Shown here: positions 61,514-64,000 of the stretch, piece after piece
Numbering within the stretch: position 1 is the first letter of the stretch
Layout of the letters: every line of letters starts with the position of its first letter
Source: Synechococcus sp.
GTDB lineage: Bacteria > Cyanobacteriota > Cyanobacteriia > PCC-6307 > Cyanobiaceae
Reading direction: 5' to 3'
Assembly (NCBI GenBank): GCA_047285535.1
Contig: JBJBDC010000001.1
Span: forward strand, 2,208,136 to 2,272,135
Length of the DNA: 64,000 bases
The notes under the pieces: model-generated
The model's database searches: none
Seen by the model: the letters and a program-made list of their open reading frames with translations, nothing else
What the model was told of the DNA's origin: nothing
Translations under genes and position numbers: made by a program

Positions 61514-62701
61514 ATGCAGATAGCTATCACTCAAAACCTGACAGATTCGCCTCACGGGCTGACTCTCCCGGTCTGGGTTGCCGCTGCAGCTCGAGCGGCA
61601 ACGCAAGTCCTGTGTGGACAGAGCGCTGAAAATCAACAATCCCTGCAGATTCCAGGCCGAGATGAGGCCTTACTCGTTCCGATTCAGTCTGCGGCACCTT
61701 TGCATGGAGGTGAGCTGGCGCTGGCGATCAGCCGTTGCGATCCAGGCCCAGGGCTTGACCTCACTCGAGATTTGGAGATTTGGGTTCAGGCGCGTTGGAG
61801 CCATACGGAAGCGGGGTGGTTGCAGATCATCCCAGGTGAGGGGATTGGTAGGCAGGGACGTGATGGTGACCTTTGTGCATCGGAATTTGCACGCTGTTTG
61901 CTTGAGGAGAATCTGCGACCCATGGTTCCATCCGGTCGATGCTTAGAGCTGGAGATTGTGTTTCCGTTGGGCCGTGCCCTGGCCCAGCGCACAAGCAATG
62001 CGGCTTTTGGTGTGGTGGAGGGCTTGGCCTTGATCGGAACGCAAGCGGAGGTCCAGACCAGTGCCTCGCCAGATCAGCTGAGCGCCAGTCTTGATGCCCT
62101 TCAGTCAATTGCAACAGCATCGGATTTTTGCGGATCTTTGACCTTGGTGATTGGGGAGAACGGGCTGGATCTTGCCCATCAGCTTGGTCTTGCAGATCAC
62201 CAGCCCCTGATTAAGGCAGGGAACTGGATAGGCCCTTTGCTCGTTGCTAGTGCGGAAGCGGGGGTCAGCAACCTGCTTCTGCTGGGGTATCACGGAAAGT
62301 TGGTCAAGTTAGCGGGTGGGATCTTTCATACCCATCACCATTTAGCTGATGGCCGTCTAGAAGTTCTCGCGGCGATTGCCTTGAAGCAGGGCCTTGGTGT
62401 TCATTTGGTCAAAGATCAGCTTGCGGCTTCCTCGATGGAAGAGGCTCTTCAGAAGCTGCAGAAGCGCGATGCGGCCCTGGCCAATCGCGTCTGGCAAGCG
62501 ATTGCGCAGACGGTAGAAGTGCGAAGCGAGGCTTACCTAAAGCGCTATGGAAACTGGCCGATGAGGGTGGGAGCGGCATTATTTGATCGTCAACGCCGTC
62601 TGCGCTGGTCCGGATCCATGGGGCACTCTCTGCTCGAGCGTTCCGGACTTGCCATTCATTCAGAAGGGGAAGAGTCTGGCTTTGATCCTTCTCTACGCTG
62701 A
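61514..62701 (+). CDS. cbiD: Cobalt-precorrin-5B C1-methyltransferase
   Basis: GLTLPVWVAAAA, CDPGPGLDLT, TSNAAFGVVEGLALIGT, GYHGKLVKLAGGIFHTH. Confidence 0.92.
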   Translation: MQIAITQNLTDSPHGLTLPVWVAAAARAATQVLCGQSAENQQSLQIPGRDEALLVPIQSAAPLHGGELALAISRCDPGPGLDLTRDLEIWVQARWSHTEAGWLQIIPGEGIGRQGRDGDLCASEFARCLLEENLRPMVPSGRCLELEIVFPLGRALAQRTSNAAFGVVEGLALIGTQAEVQTSASPDQLSASLDALQSIATASDFCGSLTLVIGENGLDLAHQLGLADHQPLIKAGNWIGPLLVASAEAGVSNLLLLGYHGKLVKLAGGIFHTHHHLADGRLEVLAAIALKQGLGVHLVKDQLAASSMEEALQKLQKRDAALANRVWQAIAQTVEVRSEAYLKRYGNWPMRVGAALFDRQRRLRWSGSMGHSLLERSGLAIHSEGEESGFDPSLR

Positions 62702-62749
62702 AGGGACTGAAGGTTTGGAAGACCGTTTCATGAACGGTCCAAGTGTGGT

Positions 62750-64000
62750 ATGTCATCAGTCCAGAGCAAAGGTCATCGCAAGCCGGCCATTGTCATTCTT
62801 GATTTCGGTTCCCAGTATTCGGAACTGATTGCACGCCGAGTGCGGGAGACGGAGGTCTTTTCGGTGGTGTTGAGCCATACCACCAGCGCGGAGGAATTAC
62901 GCAAGTTGTCTCCTCGTGGAATCATCCTCAGCGGAGGTCCAAGTTCGGTGTATGCCGAAGGAGCTCCCCTTTGTGATTCAGCGATTTGGGATCTGGGTAT
63001 TCCAGTGCTGGGGGTGTGTTACGGGATGCAGTTGATGGTGCAGCAACTTGGTGGTCAGGTTGTCGCGGCCACGGGTAAAGCTGAATACGGCAAGGCTCCA
63101 CTTGTGGTGGATGACCCCACCGATCTCCTCACCAATGTGGAAAACAAATCCACAATGTGGATGAGCCACGGCGATTCCGTTGAAGCCTTGCCAGAAGGCT
63201 TTGTGCGTTTGGCACATACAGCCAATACTCCTGAGGCGGCGATTGCTAATCACAATCGTCATTTATATGGTGTTCAATTTCATCCTGAAGTGGTTCATTC
63301 CATTTTTGGGATGGCAATGATTCGCAATTTTGTTTATCACATTTGTGGTTGCGAACCGGATTGGACTACGGATGCATTCATTGATGAAGCTGTCGCTCAT
63401 GTGCGCGAGCAAGTTGGTAGTAAGAGAGTGCTTTTGGCTCTCTCAGGAGGGGTTGATTCTTCAACCCTTGCCTTTCTTTTGAAAAAGGCGATTGGAGATC
63501 AGCTCACCTGCATGTTCATCGATCAGGGCTTCATGCGTAAGGGGGAGCCTGAATTCTTGATGGAGTTCTTTGATCAGAAATTTAATATTCATGTTGAATA
63601 CATCAGTGCGCGTGAACGGTTTCTCAAGAAACTTGATGGCATTACCGATCCAGAAGACAAACGCAAAATTATCGGGACGGAATTCATTCGTGTATTTGAA
63701 GAGGAAAGTCGCCGTCTTGGACCCTTTGATTACCTAGCCCAGGGCACGCTCTATCCGGATGTGATCGAGAGCGCAGGTACCAACGTGGATCCCAAATCCG
63801 GTGAACGGGTGGCAGTGAAGATCAAGAGCCATCACAACGTGGGTGGTCTACCTAAGGATCTGCAGTTCAAGTTGGTGGAGCCCCTGCGCAGACTCTTTAA
63901 AGATGAAGTGCGTAAGGTGGGCCGATCGCTTGGTTTGCCTGAGGAGATCGTGCGTCGTCATCCTTTTCCAGGTCCAGGTCTGGCGATTCGCATCCTGGGC
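62750..64000 (+). CDS. guaA: GMP synthase (glutamine-hydrolysing), 3' end beyond window
   Basis: Read directly from DNA: ATG 62750 ...[67 protein letters not shown]. Confidence 0.96.
   Translation, partial: MSSVQSKGHRKPAIVILDFGSQYSELIARRVRETEVFSVVLSHTTSAEELRKLSPRGIILSGGPSSVYAEGAPLCDSAIWDLGIPVLGVCYGMQLMVQQLGGQVVAATGKAEYGKAPLVVDDPTDLLTNVENKSTMWMSHGDSVEALPEGFVRLAHTANTPEAAIANHNRHLYGVQFHPEVVHSIFGMAMIRNFVYHICGCEPDWTTDAFIDEAVAHVREQVGSKRVLLALSGGVDSSTLAFLLKKAIGDQLTCMFIDQGFMRKGEPEFLMEFFDQKFNIHVEYISARERFLKKLDGITDPEDKRKIIGTEFIRVFEEESRRLGPFDYLAQGTLYPDVIESAGTNVDPKSGERVAVKIKSHHNVGGLPKDLQFKLVEPLRRLFKDEVRKVGRSLGLPEEIVRRHPFPGPGLAIRILG

Noticed and set aside
19776..63262. Numerous 60-220 aa ORFs antisense or out of frame within housekeeping genes
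   Set aside because: Expected shadow ORFs, overlapping well-supported genes, with no independent evidence.

Overview
Core-genome segment of a marine picocyanobacterium (Synechococcus-like gene content and order) that spans the chromosomal replication origin. The intergenic region upstream of dnaN (~17900-18288) holds a cluster of DnaA-box-like 9-mers and a box-box-GC-trio-AT unwinding module, and the + strand changes from C/A-rich to G/T-rich near it. Most of the window is housekeeping: purT, sps, uvrA, recN, thrC, dnaN, purL, purF, a gyrA/parC-like gene, queG, nusB, ftsY, argH, dusA, msrB, pilBTC, grpE-dnaJ, murBC, gap, thiL, efp, accB, pdxA, tRNA-Gly, cbiD and the 5' part of guaA. The main non-ordinary elements are: (1) a 1337-bp AT-rich cassette encoding a PagL-like outer-membrane beta-barrel (H-R-C instead of H-x-S), flanked by a 519-bp near-identical direct repeat that leaves reciprocal gene fragments, with a HIP1 octamer at one breakpoint and a perfect 8-7-8 palindrome at the other; (2) a divergent PiT-like transporter gene plus an unexplained stem-loop between thrC and oriC; (3) a head-to-head HNH nuclease / HARP-like SNF2 ATPase pair recalling a split ZRANB3; (4) a tandemly expanded RGG/YGG tract in an RRM protein. 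All product calls rest on motif recognition by eye; no database searches were run.
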